From Monocercomonoides exilis PA203 (taxonomy: Eukaryota > Protista > Preaxostyla), in the NCBI GenBank assembly GCA_001643675.2, contig LSRY02000002.1:1488001-1552000 (forward strand): DNA of 64,000 nt. Reading direction: 5' to 3'. A program made the translations under genes and the position numbers. Shown here piece after piece: positions 61,532 to 64,000 of this stretch. Numbering within the stretch: position 1 is the stretch's first letter; every line of letters starts with the position of its first letter. Under the pieces are notes generated by a model. That model was not told the DNA's origin. It ran no database searches and saw only the letters and a list, made by a program, of their open reading frames with translations.

Positions 61532-64000
61532 ATGTCTTCTCACGTCAACAAAATTGGAACGAAATTTTCTCATTTGTATTATGAAACATATCAAAAACGT
61601 CCATCAGAGCTTATCCGTTTTTATTCAACAAGCGCAGTTCAAATTGTTCAACGTGGAACAGAAGCATCAATTCACAATGGCCAAGAGCAGTTGGAATCAT
61701 TTTTCGAATCATTAAAACCTACAAAAGTTCAAACAATTTATGTGAATTCAGTTTCATTTCAAGCAAATGTATTAATTTCTGTAGCTGGATGGATGAAGGA
61801 AGAAGGAGTAGAAGCAAAGCTGTTTACAAATTCTTTTGTACTTGAACAGGTCCAAGATCAAAGAAAGAGACTTTTTGTTATAAGAGAGATACTTCACATC
61901 TTCACCGCTGCTAATCGTGCAATACCTTTACCGTTTGGTGAAGATAAATCACCGCTAGCTGCTTCTGCAAGTTCTTCTCTTGCTTCAACGTCATTTTTCC
62001 CTTCACTTCCATCTGCTCCAGGGGCTTTACCAGCTCCTCCTCCCCCTCCTGTGCAGACAGTACCGTTTGTGCCTTTTTCTTCTGCAGGCGCTGCAATTTC
62101 GTCGAAAATATCATCGCTTCCAATTCAACCTCTCTATCCAGTTATTGTTGTAGAGTTTTCAACTCAGCCACGAATGAATGAAGGAGCTGTCGTCACGCTT
62201 ATAGCAAAGAAAATTCAGGATGCAGAAGCAGCAGACATTCTGGCTAAATCAGGTCGCAGTCCTTCTACGGGCTTTGTACTTCTCCCACCACACGAGCCGC
62301 TTAAGGAATTAAGTCGTCCTGAGATATGGGAGCTGATAACAAAACAGAAAGATGTTGGATTGAGTTCATTCACTTTGAAGCATCCTCAGAGAGTTAAAGA
62401 AAGGAATACTGTGTGCGGATACGGAAAGGGGATTGTTGTTGATTTAACTGTGCTGAGGAGAAAAGAATTGAGAGAGCAAGAGAAAGAGAAAGAAGAAAAG
62501 AGTCGAGATAAAGATGACAAAGAAGATGACGACGAAGAAGTGATGCTTGTCAGACTGGAAAAGATGTGGATGGCAGAGTATATTGTGTCACTGGGAAGCC
62601 TTGAATCAAAAGGGCAGGTAGCGACAGTGCGCTGGTGGGACGTGAGTGAGCAGTCGGAGAGGAAGAAAGAAGAGCGCAGCGAGAGAAAGAGGCGACACAG
62701 AGACTCAGAACGCGGCAAAGGGACAAGAAGGCACTCATCAGCAGATGACTCAGATACCTCTCGTTCTTCTTCCCGGAGTCGCTCCTATTCCAGCGAAGAC
62801 GACGACTCGTCTTCTTCTTCTTCTTCTTCTTCTTCTTCTTCTTCTTCCACTTCGTCCAGCGGTTCATCAGCGTCTTCCACAGGCTCAGCGGAATACTCGA
62901 AGCGGAGGGGGCATCACCACAGGCACCATCACCGCAACCCGAAACGGCATACCCGCCGCGGGCACCACAACCGCCGGCACAGAAGAGCTGATTCCACTTC
63001 ATCGACAGACTCGTCTTACTCAACGACGTCTGAAAGCGACAACTCTGAGACGTCTTCGAGTGAAGACGAGGGTTCTGACAGGGAAGGCAATGATGTGTAT
63101 CGTGGGACAGACAAATACGGAGCAAAGAAGGGTGCACAGAAGGGAGGAAAAGCAGAGAAAATGACGCTGGCGACGAAGGAAGCACAGAAAAAGCAGCAAA
63201 AGGTTAAAGCCAAAGCAAAAGTTGCAGCAACTGCAAAGGGCAAAGCGAAGGAGAAGCCAATTGCAAGACCGAAACTGTCGACTGTAGACACACATTACTA
63301 CAATCCCAGTGCTGCTGCTGGCATCGCGAAAGGTGCTGGTAGAATAGCAGACAGGTCTTTGCCATCATCAATAGCTCCATCATCATCATCATCTTCTTCT
63401 TCTTCATTCCCTGCTTCTTCAATGTATCCAGCAAAGCCAGTTGTGAGCGCAATGCCGAAAGATGCTGTTTCTGAGGATATGCGCAGGTTGGGGTGGGGTC
63501 TTGTGGAAGTGTGGACAGCAGATGAGGATGGAACGAGCAGTGGAGGAAGAGAAGGAGGAGGAGGAAGTTTGCCAAAGGGAAAGAAGGAGAACTGGACGCG
63601 GGTGAAGGAGATAACGATAGAAAACTGGGACGAGAGTGTGAAGAGGATACAGGAATATGCATTCTTCAGGAGGAGGACGAAGAGAGAGATGGAGAATGCG
63701 GGGGCTGAGGAGGAGCAGGCGAAAGAAGCAGCAGGAGTAAAAGAGAAGGAGAAGGAGAAGGAGAAGCTGAAGAAGGAGGTTAAAAAAGAAAGTGCTCAAC
63801 AAAAGGATGTGAATAAAGTGATGGTTGGAAAAGGAGAAGAGAAAGAGAAAAGCAAAGATTTAAAAGTTGAAATTGCGAAACCAAAAGAAGAGAAAGAAGA
63901 AGCAAAGAAAGAAGAAGAAGCCAAAGAAGAGGAAAAGAAAGAAGAAAAAGACACACCAAATTCAGCAAGCACTACAAATAATAGCAATGTGCACAACAGT
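61532..64000 (+). CDS. NTF2-domain (G3BP/Bre5-like) protein with long low-complexity tail, 3'-partial
   Basis: Hand translation MSSHVNKIGTKFSHLYYETYQKRPSELIRFYS...NVLISVAGWM..KLFTNSFVLEQ..LFVIREILHIF matches the NTF2 fold pattern. The frame stays open to the window end, so it is missing from the ORF track. A possible upstream intron at ~61459-61510 makes the start uncertain. Confidence 0.75.
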   Translation, partial: MSSHVNKIGTKFSHLYYETYQKRPSELIRFYSTSAVQIVQRGTEASIHNGQEQLESFFESLKPTKVQTIYVNSVSFQANVLISVAGWMKEEGVEAKLFTNSFVLEQVQDQRKRLFVIREILHIFTAANRAIPLPFGEDKSPLAASASSSLASTSFFPSLPSAPGALPAPPPPPVQTVPFVPFSSAGAAISSKISSLPIQPLYPVIVVEFSTQPRMNEGAVVTLIAKKIQDAEAADILAKSGRSPSTGFVLLPPHEPLKELSRPEIWELITKQKDVGLSSFTLKHPQRVKERNTVCGYGKGIVVDLTVLRRKELREQEKEKEEKSRDKDDKEDDDEEVMLVRLEKMWMAEYIVSLGSLESKGQVATVRWWDVSEQSERKKEERSERKRRHRDSERGKGTRRHSSADDSDTSRSSSRSRSYSSEDDDSSSSSSSSSSSSSSTSSSGSSASSTGSAEYSKRRGHHHRHHHRNPKRHTRRGHHNRRHRRADSTSSTDSSYSTTSESDNSETSSSEDEGSDREGNDVYRGTDKYGAKKGAQKGGKAEKMTLATKEAQKKQQKVKAKAKVAATAKGKAKEKPIARPKLSTVDTHYYNPSAAAGIAKGAGRIADRSLPSSIAPSSSSSSSSSFPASSMYPAKPVVSAMPKDAVSEDMRRLGWGLVEVWTADEDGTSSGGREGGGGSLPKGKKENWTRVKEITIENWDESVKRIQEYAFFRRRTKREMENAGAEEEQAKEAAGVKEKEKEKEKLKKEVKKESAQQKDVNKVMVGKGEEKEKSKDLKVEIAKPKEEKEEAKKEEEAKEEEKKEEKDTPNSASTTNNSNVHNS

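Noticed and set aside
1-64000. Genome-wide stop-codon reassignment (TAR=Gln as in some oxymonads, or TGA=Trp)
   Set aside because: Both TAA and TGA terminate genes here, and multi-kb ORFs contain no internal stops. The 22321 TGA is an isolated case.

Overview
Gene-dense eukaryotic (protist) DNA. It uses the standard code, has short AT-rich spliceosomal introns (mostly GTNTG donors), very AT-rich spacers, and giant proteins inflated by poly-Ser/Glu/Lys tracts. This style resembles an oxymonad such as Monocercomonoides (inference). I reconstructed spliced models by hand: a >4100-aa ATG2/chorein-N lipid-bridge protein (minus strand, runs off the left edge and is absent from the ORF track); two S41/CPAF-like peptidase loci, the second with two tandem protease modules separated by one in-frame TGA; a PHO80-like cyclin; a calcyphosin-like EF-hand protein; a 7-TM protein; a DWNN ubiquitin-like domain spliced onto a giant USP whose catalytic Cys is replaced by Ser; two unknown signal-peptide proteins; a ZGRF1-like GRF-zinc-finger SF1 helicase; and an NTF2-domain protein running off the right edge. 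Mobile DNA comprises one intact Merlin (IS1595-like) transposon with TIRs and an 8-bp TSD, plus two copies of an almost fully palindromic TA-flanked MITE. The top leads are the TGA-split tandem protease (secreted versus membrane-anchored switch), the DWNN-pseudoUSP fusion, and the palindromic MITEs whose arms co-vary within each copy.
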